DNA of 64,000 nucleotides, from positions 17,441 to 81,440 of the forward strand of contig JAKLFF010000002.1 in assembly GCA_022711335.1 (NCBI GenBank), read 5' to 3'. Shown one piece after another: positions 9,412 through 18,368 of this stretch (its first letter is position 1; the number at the start of each line of letters is the position of its first letter). The notes beneath the pieces were generated by a model, which saw only the letters and a program-made list of their open reading frames with translations, was not told where the DNA came from and ran no database searches. The stretch comes from Patescibacteria group bacterium (lineage in GTDB: Bacteria; Patescibacteriota; Minisyncoccia; Moranbacterales; UBA2206). A program made the position numbers and the translations under genes.

Positions 9412-9891
9412 CTAAATTTCCTTAATTAGTCCTTTTTTCGCCAGAAATTCATGCAATTCGTCTGACAGTAATTTGTCGTGGAACTCGTCCAAAACATAAT
9501 TATTTTCCATATGCCTCGCCACTTTTACCGCATGCGCCAGTCCTTTGGTTTCCGCCAGAGTTACAAGATTATTCACTTTGGCTTCGGCGTCTTTTTGGCG
9601 CATCGCCATTTCAGCATCAGCAGAAATATCCTCGTCTTTGGCGGTTTTGCCATCCGCCACCTTGGAAAGTATTTTCGCGTATGCATCTTCTTTCTCCGCT
9701 ATTCCTTCTTTTCTTTCCAGCGTCGATTCTTGCTCCATCTTGGGCAATTGCTCCAGGGCTGGTTTTTCTGTTTTTTGCTCAGAAATTTTCAATTCCTCCG
9801 GCTGTTTAGCCTCGCTTCCTTCTGGAAATTTTTCCTTAAGATTCACGTCTTTTTCCTCAATAGGCTCCGGGTTTATTTGTTGATCTGGCAT
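9412..9891 (-). CDS. hypothetical acidic protein (begins MPDQQ)
   Basis: 159-aa Glu/Lys-rich ORF that directly follows the 155-bp palindromic element. Confidence 0.45.
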   Translation of the reverse strand: MPDQQINPEPIEEKDVNLKEKFPEGSEAKQPEELKISEQKTEKPALEQLPKMEQESTLERKEGIAEKEDAYAKILSKVADGKTAKDEDISADAEMAMRQKDAEAKVNNLVTLAETKGLAHAVKVARHMENNYVLDEFHDKLLSDELHEFLAKKGLIKEI

Positions 9892-9913
9892 GATTATTTA
9901 ATGTTAGAAACTC

Positions 9914-10068
9914 CTGAAGAATTAAAATTTTCGAGAAATTTTTGTTTGAGAACTTGAATTTTATCCAAAATTTTTCTTAAGCAGCCGCTGATTGGGGAAA
10001 AATTTTGGTTATAAAATTCAAGGTTCGAGTTAATTTTGAGAAAATTTTAATTCTTCAGTTAATCTAAT
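9914..10068. repeat. 155-bp long imperfect palindrome, copy 1
   Basis: Outer arms ctgaagaattaaaattttcgagaaa / tttgagaaaattttaattcttcag. Inner arms ttgaattttatccaaaatttt / aaaattttggttataaaattcaa. GC-rich centre cttaagcagccgctgattgggg. Confidence 0.85.
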
Positions 10069-10077
10069 TAAATTTAA

Positions 10078-10392
10078 TTAACGCTTCATTTCCTCCTTAA
10101 AATCGTCGATCACGTTTTTTACCATTTCTTCATAATTGGGCAGCCTCTCTTTAAGAAACGCTTCAACCTTGTCCGGTTCGGCCTCGCCTTCAATAATTCT
10201 GGCATACTCATTCTGGTCTGATTCCGGAAGCTTTTCCATAACTTCGATGAAAATCCTTTTGAGAAGCACCTCGGTCATTTTTACCAGCAGTTCTTCCTTT
10301 TTTTCCTGGGAAACTCCCGCCAGCCCCAGTTCATCCAAAAAATCTGATTTAATTTCTTGACCGCCGGCGGGCGATTGATTTTGATCTGGCAT
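10078..10392 (-). CDS. hypothetical acidic protein (begins MPDQN)
   Basis: 104-aa ORF with the same N-terminal MPDQ start as 9412..9891 and the same upstream element. Confidence 0.45.
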   Translation of the reverse strand: MPDQNQSPAGGQEIKSDFLDELGLAGVSQEKKEELLVKMTEVLLKRIFIEVMEKLPESDQNEYARIIEGEAEPDKVEAFLKERLPNYEEMVKNVIDDFKEEMKR

Positions 10393-10425
10393 ATTTTTAA
10401 AAATAAAAAATTATGATATGAGTTA

Positions 10426-10570
10426 CTGAAGGGTTAAAATTTTCGAAAAATTCCTGTTTGAGGATTTGAATTTTATCCAAAATTTTTCATTGGCAGCCGC
10501 CGATTGAGGAAAAATTTTGGTTATAAAATTCAAAGTCCGAGTTAATTTTGAGAAAATTTTAATTCTTTCG
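10426..10570. repeat. 155-bp long imperfect palindrome, copy 2
   Basis: Near-identical to 9914..10068 with a few substitutions in the outer arms and the central loop (cattggcagccgccgattgagg). Confidence 0.85.
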
Positions 10571-10654
10571 TATTTTTTCAATATTACTTTAACAATTTAG
10601 ATGCAAATGCGCAAAGCCTATGTTTTATTCGTATTTAGTGCGACTTGGCTATTT

Positions 10655-13627
10655 TTAGTTCTCCGACATCATCCTTCTTTTTACGATCAGTTTCGTCACT
10701 CGCCCGGCCCATTCTTTCATGTTCTCTCCAGCTATCGGCTGAATTTCCTTTTTCCCGTAAATCTTCACGCAGTCTTTGTAAAATTTTCCAAAATTCCCTT
10801 TCGGATGCTTGCCAACGTATTCCGCTGCCGCCATCTTTTCCAGGGAAAATTCCTCATGCGCGCCGGCTTCAAACAAGGCTAGCTTCGCGATCTTGTTGAA
10901 AACCTTGCTGGTAGAACCAGAGAATAATTCATTGAGTTCCTTGAATCTTTCCCAGTCATGGATTTTGAATTCAAGCGCCATCTTTCTTTTCATAAGATCC
11001 TCGAGCGTTTCCTTGAATCCTTTGGCAATATCCCGTTCTTTTCCGTCTAAAAGCTCGGGGTTTCCATAAAATTTCATTCGGTTTTGATTTTGCACTATTT
11101 GATCGTCAAGATAAGCAAGCTCCGCTTTTGATTTTCCATAACTAAACCCTTCGAAGCCTCTTTCGCGAGCTCTGATATCCAGCATTTCTCTTTCCATCGC
11201 TTTCATTCCCGATAAATCCTGGTAGGTTTTTTCAAAATCAAAAGCTTCAGTATTTATTTTTTCAGAAACTGCTTCTATTTTCGGCGCGCGCGGCGCCCGG
11301 CCGGATTTATGCTGATCCGTTCCCTTAGCGCCCGGGTACTTGTCCCATTCAGAAAGCGGACTGTCCTTAAAATCAACTATGCGCTTTCCGTCCGGGCTTA
11401 GCTCCAATTTCGCACCCGGATGGACAAGATTATATTCCTTTCCGGTTGGATCAGGATGACTCTTGATATATTCCAGATACATTCTGTGCGCCATCTTGCC
11501 TGCCTCTTTTTTGTTTGTCCCGCCGCTTTCCAGTTGTTTAATTATCGCCCCTTCAAAACTGCCGCCCTTTTTAATTTCTAAATTAATATTTTTCGGAACC
11601 TCTGGTTTTGATCCGGGAATTGTTTTTCCGGAAATTTTAGCTTCGTTTTTTTCAATTGTCGCATTATTGTCAGGAGCAAGTGTTCCGGCATTTTCAATCG
11701 TTTCATTATTCCCAAAAACTGCTGATTCAGCTTTTCCGCCCGATTCGACAGTCGCATTTCCCCCGCCTACAGCTCCATTTGGAACACCCGGGCCGGGCGC
11801 AGTTTCCGATATGCTACTTTTTAAAATTCCAGCCATTTTGTGAACCGCTTCAGAGGTTGCTTTTCCAGCTTCAGTCTTATGCAAAAATTTAAAGATTTCC
11901 CCCATAGCGCCGCTTCCGATTATTCCAGCTATGGCTCCGCCCGCAGCCAGCCTGATTTTGTCCCAGTTTTTGTAGCTTTGCAGTTTGTCATCGGCGGAAA
12001 AAATAAGTTCATTAAGTTTATTTTTTATTTCTTCTTCGCTCAAATTCTCCGCTTCCCTGGCAAATTTTTCTGAACCTTTTTCCGCTCTTTTCTCTCTTCC
12101 TTTTTTCGCCATGCCTTCCGCAAAAATACTCGCTCCAGTCCCAGTAATCGCTCCCATAACAGCCCTCCTCGAAATAGCCGCCATAGTTAAAGCCGTAGCC
12201 GCTGAACCCGCGATTAACCCGAAGCTAGCCGCCGCTCCGCCCAGTCCGAAAGCTGCTCCGACTGCCAGTTTATATTTGAGCGGCTGTTTCCGATACCATT
12301 CGTTCATTTTGACCAGATTTTCCCGCAGCGGTCCGGCAAATCTCCCTGAATTTTCCACCCGAACCTTGTCGTGCTCGTCCGCTAGGTTCACTCTCGACTC
12401 AACCTCGAAAAATTTTCCCATTTCCGCCAGATCTTCCGCTTTCATTCCTTTGGCTTTCGCGTCTTCCAGCATGGCATTTCGAAGATCAACGAGCTTGTTT
12501 TCATAAAGCGCCCGCATATAAACCACGTCTTGATCATCAACAATCATATCTCCTGTTTTCTCCCCGGCTTTCATGGAAACTTCCTCCCTTCCTTTTCTTC
12601 CAAAAATCTTGTCTCCGAAAAATCTGCCGACTTTCTGCCACATGCCCCGTTTTTTATAATCCATTTCCAGATAATCTTTTCTGGCCTGTTCCAGCTCTTT
12701 TTGCAATTTTTTTATTCCTTCTTTCCTTTCTCCGCGCCAATTTTGATCAGTTATTTCAAGCGGTTTGTGTTCAATAAATTCCGCATCAATAATTTCCGGT
12801 TCCTCTCTTTTCTTACCTGTGAAGGGCTTTTTTTTCTCCGAAGTTTTGTTTTTCGATTTTCCAGTTTCAGTTTCTTCTTCCGGTTCTTCAAATTTAGTAT
12901 TGTTTATTTCTTTCTGGGCTTTTTTGGCTCTATCTCTCTCCACATCTTCCATCGTTTTTGTTGCACTCATCAGTTTTATTCTGCCAGCCTTTTCCTTCCA
13001 TGCTTCGTCTATAATTTTCTGTTCTTCCTCCATACGATCAGTCCGTTTTTCATACCCTTCGTATTTTTTCGCTAAATCGGGAAATTTTTCTTTGAATTCC
13101 TCCCAGGCTTCTTCTCTCAATTTGTTTATGTCTTCTTCTTGAAGTTCATTGTATTTTTTGCCGTTTTTTCTGAGCCATTCATTAACAGCAATCTGATAAA
13201 TACCTTGAAAACTGACATCATGAATTACGTCTTTTTCTTGATTCGTTTCCGCCTGCTTACTTTTCTTTTTAGATTCGATGGCGCTTTTGTCATACAGATC
13301 GCGTATGTCTTCCGGCAATTGGCTTTTAACTTCATTATAAACCTCCTCATTCATCCCCTTTTTCATGCTCTCAAACTTATCGCCGACTCTTTCCTTGAAA
13401 TTTTTCTTTCGGTTATCGGGTGATTTCTCGGCTGATTCCGCTATTTCTCCAGTTTGAGCTTGTTGGATTTCCGCCGCCAGCTTTTCGTCCCTGGCCAAAA
13501 AACCTTCCGGACTGTTTTTAGCCTTTTTACTTTTATTGTTTCCTTCAAATTTTTTTCGGCGCTTATCTTTTTTCAAAATTTCCTCCTCTGCCATTCCTGC
13601 CGGCTCGCCGAGTTTTTTTCTCGCCAT
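10655..13627 (-). CDS. hypothetical large Lys/Glu-rich protein with a central Gly/Ala-rich hydrophobic segment
   Basis: 990-aa ORF. Central glycine-zipper-like stretch LAVGAAFGLGGAAASFGLIAGSAATALTMAAI. No recognisable catalytic motifs. Confidence 0.45.
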   Translation of the reverse strand: MARKKLGEPAGMAEEEILKKDKRRKKFEGNNKSKKAKNSPEGFLARDEKLAAEIQQAQTGEIAESAEKSPDNRKKNFKERVGDKFESMKKGMNEEVYNEVKSQLPEDIRDLYDKSAIESKKKSKQAETNQEKDVIHDVSFQGIYQIAVNEWLRKNGKKYNELQEEDINKLREEAWEEFKEKFPDLAKKYEGYEKRTDRMEEEQKIIDEAWKEKAGRIKLMSATKTMEDVERDRAKKAQKEINNTKFEEPEEETETGKSKNKTSEKKKPFTGKKREEPEIIDAEFIEHKPLEITDQNWRGERKEGIKKLQKELEQARKDYLEMDYKKRGMWQKVGRFFGDKIFGRKGREEVSMKAGEKTGDMIVDDQDVVYMRALYENKLVDLRNAMLEDAKAKGMKAEDLAEMGKFFEVESRVNLADEHDKVRVENSGRFAGPLRENLVKMNEWYRKQPLKYKLAVGAAFGLGGAAASFGLIAGSAATALTMAAISRRAVMGAITGTGASIFAEGMAKKGREKRAEKGSEKFAREAENLSEEEIKNKLNELIFSADDKLQSYKNWDKIRLAAGGAIAGIIGSGAMGEIFKFLHKTEAGKATSEAVHKMAGILKSSISETAPGPGVPNGAVGGGNATVESGGKAESAVFGNNETIENAGTLAPDNNATIEKNEAKISGKTIPGSKPEVPKNINLEIKKGGSFEGAIIKQLESGGTNKKEAGKMAHRMYLEYIKSHPDPTGKEYNLVHPGAKLELSPDGKRIVDFKDSPLSEWDKYPGAKGTDQHKSGRAPRAPKIEAVSEKINTEAFDFEKTYQDLSGMKAMEREMLDIRARERGFEGFSYGKSKAELAYLDDQIVQNQNRMKFYGNPELLDGKERDIAKGFKETLEDLMKRKMALEFKIHDWERFKELNELFSGSTSKVFNKIAKLALFEAGAHEEFSLEKMAAAEYVGKHPKGNFGKFYKDCVKIYGKKEIQPIAGENMKEWAGRVTKLIVKRRMMSEN

Positions 13628-13717
13628 AAAACAAAACCGTGCAATTTGTAATTTTGCTTCTTATCTTTTTATTTCTGCTTAAATTATACAACAAAAACAA
13701 CATTCCCGCTAACCGGA

Positions 13718-13745
13718 TTGTGAACAAAAACAGGTGTGGTATAAT
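13718..13745 (+). promoter_or_regulatory. sigma70-like promoter for 13771..15321
   Basis: TTGTGA (13718..13723), a 16-bp spacer, an extended -10 TGgTATAAT (13737..13745), about 25 bp before the ATG. Confidence 0.4.
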
Positions 13746-13770
13746 TATATGAGCGGATAAAAAAACAAAA

Positions 13771-15321
13771 ATGGAAAAATCAAAAAAATATATCCTGCTT
13801 TTTCTGATTGTCGCGCTGGGATTTTTTCTGCGCGCCTATAATATCGAGAATGCCCCGCCGGGAGTCTACCCGGATGAAGCCGTGAACGGCATTGATGCCA
13901 TGAACGCCCTTGTGCATGGAAACTGGCAGTGGTTTTATGAAGCTAACAACGGACGCGAGGGGCTTTTCATGAATCTAATTGCCGTTTGTTTCAAATTAAT
14001 CGGCGTTTCTGTTTTGACCCTCAAACTCCCTTCGATTATTTTCGGTACGCTCACAATTTTTGGAACCTACCTCCTGGCCAAAGAACTCTACAAAAAAGAC
14101 CGCTTCGCCCTGATCAGCGCTTTTCTGGTTTCGACCGCTTTTTGGGCCATTAATTTTTCGAGAATTTCCTTCCGAGCTAATACGCTTCCGGCTGTTTTGG
14201 TTTTTTCCTTTTATTTTATGATGCGCGGATTGAGAACCAGAAAATGGCGGGATTTTGCTGCCGGAGGCTTGATCTTCGGACTGGGGCTCCACACCTATAT
14301 TGCCTTTCGCATTGCGCCTTTAATTTTGGTGGTCATGCTGATCACTTTTATGATTACGCGGGAAAGATTTTTGAGAGAATACTGGAAGCTGATTTTGGTA
14401 TTTGTAATTTTTACATCTATTGCCGCGGCCCCGATGCTTTATACTTTTTATGTCCACCCTGAATATATCCAGTCAAGAACCGGCAATGTTTCCGTGCTTA
14501 ACCCTGAAGTAAACGGGGGGCATCCCGTGAAGGCATTCATGAAAAGCTTGAGCTTGAGCATAATAAAATACACCATTTGGGGCGATCAGAACTGGCGCCA
14601 TAACTATCCGCCTTATGCGCTTCTTGATCCAATAACCGGAATTACATTTTTATTCGGATTTATTTACGCAGTCGGAAGACTCTTTCATCTTCTGACTATC
14701 CGCTTTGCAAAAAAGGTTCGGAGCGAGCGGTTGGAGGTTTATGCGCTGCTTCTCTCCTGGTTTTTCATTATGCTCGTTCCGGAATTTATGACTGCCGAAG
14801 GCAATCCGCATGCGCTTCGCGCCATTGGAACCCTCCCTCCGGTTTTCATTTTTTCCGCTTTGGCTTTTGAATATTTCCTCCGAAAAGCCGGCGCGCATTC
14901 CTATATGTTTAAAAAAATTACCGCTTCTCTGATTATCGCCATGCTGCTTTGCATAGGAATTTTTAATTCCGTAAAATACCACTTGGTCTGGGCGGAAAAA
15001 TCGGAAACTGCCCGATCATTCGATAAAAACCTCATGGAAATTTCCAGCTATGTGAAAACTGTCCCAAAAGACAAAAATATCTATGTCATAGTTGAATCTA
15101 TGCAGCGCATTCCCATCCAGCTTTTCAACTGGAAAGCGTCCAACATTTCTTATTATTATCCGGGAGAAGCCGGCCAGATAGATCCCCAAAACAAAAATTT
15201 TGAAATCATCATGACGGACAGGAATGATGAGATAATTAATTATCTAACCACCCGCTTCCCAAAGTTAAATTTTTCAGAGATCAAAGATGATAAAGGATTA
15301 AGCTATTATTTAATGAACTAA
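13771..15321 (+). CDS. GT39/GT83-family (ArnT/PMT-like) membrane glycosyltransferase
   Basis: N-terminal LRAYNIENAPPGVYPDEAVNGIDAM typical of ArnT/dolichyl-phosphate-mannose transferases; polytopic membrane protein. Confidence 0.75.
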   Translation: MEKSKKYILLFLIVALGFFLRAYNIENAPPGVYPDEAVNGIDAMNALVHGNWQWFYEANNGREGLFMNLIAVCFKLIGVSVLTLKLPSIIFGTLTIFGTYLLAKELYKKDRFALISAFLVSTAFWAINFSRISFRANTLPAVLVFSFYFMMRGLRTRKWRDFAAGGLIFGLGLHTYIAFRIAPLILVVMLITFMITRERFLREYWKLILVFVIFTSIAAAPMLYTFYVHPEYIQSRTGNVSVLNPEVNGGHPVKAFMKSLSLSIIKYTIWGDQNWRHNYPPYALLDPITGITFLFGFIYAVGRLFHLLTIRFAKKVRSERLEVYALLLSWFFIMLVPEFMTAEGNPHALRAIGTLPPVFIFSALAFEYFLRKAGAHSYMFKKITASLIIAMLLCIGIFNSVKYHLVWAEKSETARSFDKNLMEISSYVKTVPKDKNIYVIVESMQRIPIQLFNWKASNISYYYPGEAGQIDPQNKNFEIIMTDRNDEIINYLTTRFPKLNFSEIKDDKGLSYYLMN

Positions 15322-15342
15322 TTTAAAATAAAAATAACTGCT

Positions 15343-15419
15343 TGTCATTCCCGCGAAAGCGGGAATCCAGTGAAATAACTTTTTTTAGGAACTGGATTCC
15401 CATTTGCATGGGAATGACA
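15343..15419. mobile_element. 78-bp MITE-like element, copy a (terminal inverted repeat TGTCATTCCCG...CGGGAATGACA)
   Basis: Perfect terminal inverted repeats plus two internal hairpins (TCCCGCGAAAGCGGGA and TTCCCATTTGCATGGGAA). Confidence 0.8.
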
Positions 15420-15432
15420 TTAAAAAATTCTT

Positions 15433-17334
15433 ATGACGCATTTTCTCAAAAAAAATTACCGGGTAATAATCACTCTAATCCTTTGTTTCGTGGCAACCGT
15501 ATCCATTATCAACGCCTGGTGGGACAGCGCTATTTTCGACGAAACCGCCCACATTCCGGCCGGCTATACCTATATGCATTATTTTGACATGCGGCTCAAT
15601 CCCGAACACCCCCCGCTGATAAAAGATCTGGCCGGACTGCCCCTTCAGTTTATGGATCTTAAATTCGACACCAGCCAGGAATTTTGGACCGCATCCGTCG
15701 ACGGCCAATGGGACGCCGGCCGGTCATTCCTGTGGCACATGGGAAATGACGCTGACCGGATTATTTTCTGGTCGAGAATCCCAATTGTCCTGCTTTCGCT
15801 TTTCCTCGGCTGGTTTATCTTCCGCTGGGTTCGGGAAATTTCCGGAACCGTGGCCGGTCTTTTCGCTCTCACCATCTATGCCTTTGATCCCAATTTCCTT
15901 GGCCACAACCATTTTGTCACCACCGATATCGGCATCTGCGCTTTTATGGCTTTCTCTTTTTATTATTTCCTGCGCTTCATCAAAAATCCTTCGTGGAAAA
16001 ATGTGGTCATCGGCGGAATTTTTCTGGGGCTTGTCCAGCTAGCCAAATTCTCTTCTGTATTGCTGTTTCCCGTTTATGGATTAGTACTGATCATTTATCC
16101 CCTTGCCATATTGAAAACTGACAAAAGGGAAAGCAATCTGCTGTTTCGCGCAAGAAATGTCTGGCACTATCTGGAAAAAGGCATTGTCGCCGGATTCATT
16201 TCAATCGTCGTCGTCTGGATGCTTTATGCCGTAAACACTCTCAATATGCCGACTGAAAAACTGGCGGAAATTATTAATTATCAATTCAATCCAGCCAGTG
16301 AAATGGCTTCAGTAAAGATTGTCAATAAAGCTCTTTTGGCTCTCGACAGCAATAATCTGACCAAGCCATTGGCAGAATATTTTCTGGGAGTAGGAATGGT
16401 TTTCAAAAGAGTAGCCGGAGGAAACGGCGCCTATTTTATGGGACAAGTCAGCGCCAAAGCTTTTCCCGCCTATTTCCCAACTGTCTTTCTCATAAAAGAG
16501 CCTTTGGCTAATCTGTTTTTTATGCTGTCAGCACTGATCTTATCAATTGTTGGATTTGTTAAATTCTTGTCGTCTGAAACAAAAAACCGGTTCCAAAAAT
16601 TCTGGGAAAAAATTGCCAAGTATCTTCGGGAGAATATTACCAGCGTTTCGCTCTCCATGTTTATTTTCCTCTATTCCTATATGAGCATCACCGGAAATCT
16701 TAATATCGGATTTAGGCACCTTTTTCCCATTCTTCCGTTCGTTTATATTTTAACCGCCAAAGTTATTTTCGATTTTTGGAAAAAATTGCATTCCAGGCAG
16801 TCAGAATTGATCTTTGGAACAATTTTATCCGCTTTGGTTTTATTCCTGGTTTCCGGCACCGTCTCCGCCCATCCGGCTTATATGTCATATTTCAATGAGA
16901 CGGCAGGCGGACCAAAAAACGGATATAAATATGTGACCGATTCCAATGCCGATTGGGGACAGGACTTGAAGAGATTAAAAGTATGGATAAATGAATATAA
17001 TCAATGCAAAGGCAACTCTTTTAGTTCACATTGCAGCATATACAATTATGAAAGAGGGCCGATCGATAAGATCCGGCTTAACTATTTCGGCGGAGCGGAC
17101 ATCAAATATTATTTTGGAGAACAAGCCATTGACTGGTGGGATTCGCGCCGCCCCCTTGAACCCGGCTGGTATGCCATCGCGACCAATTATCTCCAAGGCA
17201 GCCTTTATGACAAAGAAAAAAAGGACAATGAGTCCTACAGGTGGATTCAAAATATCAAGCCCGTCGCGCAGGTGGGAACTTCAATTTTTGTGTATTACAT
17301 AACAGAAGAGGAAATCAAAAAAATTCAAAATTGA
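15433..17334 (+). CDS. GT39-family (PMT_2-like) membrane glycosyltransferase
   Basis: WWDSAIFDETAHIPAGYTY...NPEHPPL motif of phospholipid-carrier-dependent glycosyltransferases; many transmembrane helices. Confidence 0.7.
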   Translation: MTHFLKKNYRVIITLILCFVATVSIINAWWDSAIFDETAHIPAGYTYMHYFDMRLNPEHPPLIKDLAGLPLQFMDLKFDTSQEFWTASVDGQWDAGRSFLWHMGNDADRIIFWSRIPIVLLSLFLGWFIFRWVREISGTVAGLFALTIYAFDPNFLGHNHFVTTDIGICAFMAFSFYYFLRFIKNPSWKNVVIGGIFLGLVQLAKFSSVLLFPVYGLVLIIYPLAILKTDKRESNLLFRARNVWHYLEKGIVAGFISIVVVWMLYAVNTLNMPTEKLAEIINYQFNPASEMASVKIVNKALLALDSNNLTKPLAEYFLGVGMVFKRVAGGNGAYFMGQVSAKAFPAYFPTVFLIKEPLANLFFMLSALILSIVGFVKFLSSETKNRFQKFWEKIAKYLRENITSVSLSMFIFLYSYMSITGNLNIGFRHLFPILPFVYILTAKVIFDFWKKLHSRQSELIFGTILSALVLFLVSGTVSAHPAYMSYFNETAGGPKNGYKYVTDSNADWGQDLKRLKVWINEYNQCKGNSFSSHCSIYNYERGPIDKIRLNYFGGADIKYYFGEQAIDWWDSRRPLEPGWYAIATNYLQGSLYDKEKKDNESYRWIQNIKPVAQVGTSIFVYYITEEEIKKIQN

Positions 17335-17351
17335 AATTGAAAATTTAGAAA

Positions 17352-17429
17352 TGTCATCCCGGGCTTGACCCGGGATCCAGTGAAATAGTTAGTTTTTCCA
17401 ACTAGATTCCCGCTTTCGCGGGAATGACA
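17352..17429. mobile_element. 78-bp MITE-like element, copy b (inverted orientation)
   Basis: tgtcatcccgggcttgacccgggatccagtg...agattcccgctttcgcgggaatgaca. Confidence 0.8.
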
Positions 17430-17441
17430 ATCTTTTTGAAA

Positions 17442-18356
17442 CTAATTCTTTTTCTTCTTCCCTTTCTTATCCTCAACCTTCTTCTCTTCAGCTGACTGGC
17501 TGCTTTCATCTTTATTCACTTCTTCTTCCGTTCCCTCTTTGAATTTATAATAAACTTTGTTATCCGACCGGAGGTCCACATATTCTAAATCCTTTCTTTT
17601 TTCATTTCCCACTTTTTCATCAAGCACTATACGAAGCATATTGATTTCTTTTTGGAGATCGACATTCTGATTGAAAAATATCTTCCATCCTTCAGCCGTT
17701 ATTCCGCGGATATCATCCGACACTCGGCTGGGTGTTTCATATTCTTTCGCCATTTCGACATTCAGATTATCTCTTATTTTGTTCTCAATGTTCAAAATAT
17801 AATTCAGATACCCGGGGCTTAGGATTTCATCTCCCAACTTTATTGATTTTTCTCCGAAATCTCGAAGCGTGATCAGCCTGTTCTCCCTTATTTCCGGCCA
17901 GCTATAATCTTTTTCGCTATAAGCGGTTCCGTTTTTGTCGATAACGAAACAATTATCCCCATCGCAAAAAATCAGCGCTGATTCTTTCTCTTTAATCGAC
18001 ACCGAAAGCGCATTGGGAAATTTTTTTCTAACATCCGCGCTTTCTATCTTTTTGAACCTGTTTTTTAAATCTTTCTTTAAAAAACCGCTTCTCACAAGAA
18101 GCAAATTGTTTTTATCCAAAAATCCCAAATATTTGCCGCTTATATGGGAATTCACGACTTCCGCAACAGCCTCCCTGTCGAGCTCTTTGAGGCCGGAAAT
18201 GTCAGCTTGATTTATCGAAAGAAATCCGGCAAAAAAAAGCGCGTAGGCCATAACTCCCAAAAAAGACAGCAGTGCCATCCAATAAAAAAACCTTCCCCAA
18301 GTTATTCCGCTTTTCTTTTTCTCATGGATGGATATGATTTTTCTTTTTGTCGCCAT
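17442..18356 (-). CDS. FtsQ/DivIB-like cell-division protein (putative) with a Lys-rich C-terminal tail
   Basis: N-terminal transmembrane helix followed by a POTRA-like region (INQADISGLKELDREAVAEVV). Confidence 0.4.
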   Translation of the reverse strand: MATKRKIISIHEKKKSGITWGRFFYWMALLSFLGVMAYALFFAGFLSINQADISGLKELDREAVAEVVNSHISGKYLGFLDKNNLLLVRSGFLKKDLKNRFKKIESADVRKKFPNALSVSIKEKESALIFCDGDNCFVIDKNGTAYSEKDYSWPEIRENRLITLRDFGEKSIKLGDEILSPGYLNYILNIENKIRDNLNVEMAKEYETPSRVSDDIRGITAEGWKIFFNQNVDLQKEINMLRIVLDEKVGNEKRKDLEYVDLRSDNKVYYKFKEGTEEEVNKDESSQSAEEKKVEDKKGKKKKN

Positions 18357-18368
18357 AATAAGGACAAG

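Noticed and set aside
12530-13142. Plus-strand ORFs of 125-181 aa inside the 990-aa gene
   Set aside because: They are antisense to the long ORF and made of phenylalanine-rich low-complexity sequence, as expected from reading Lys/Glu-rich codons on the opposite strand.
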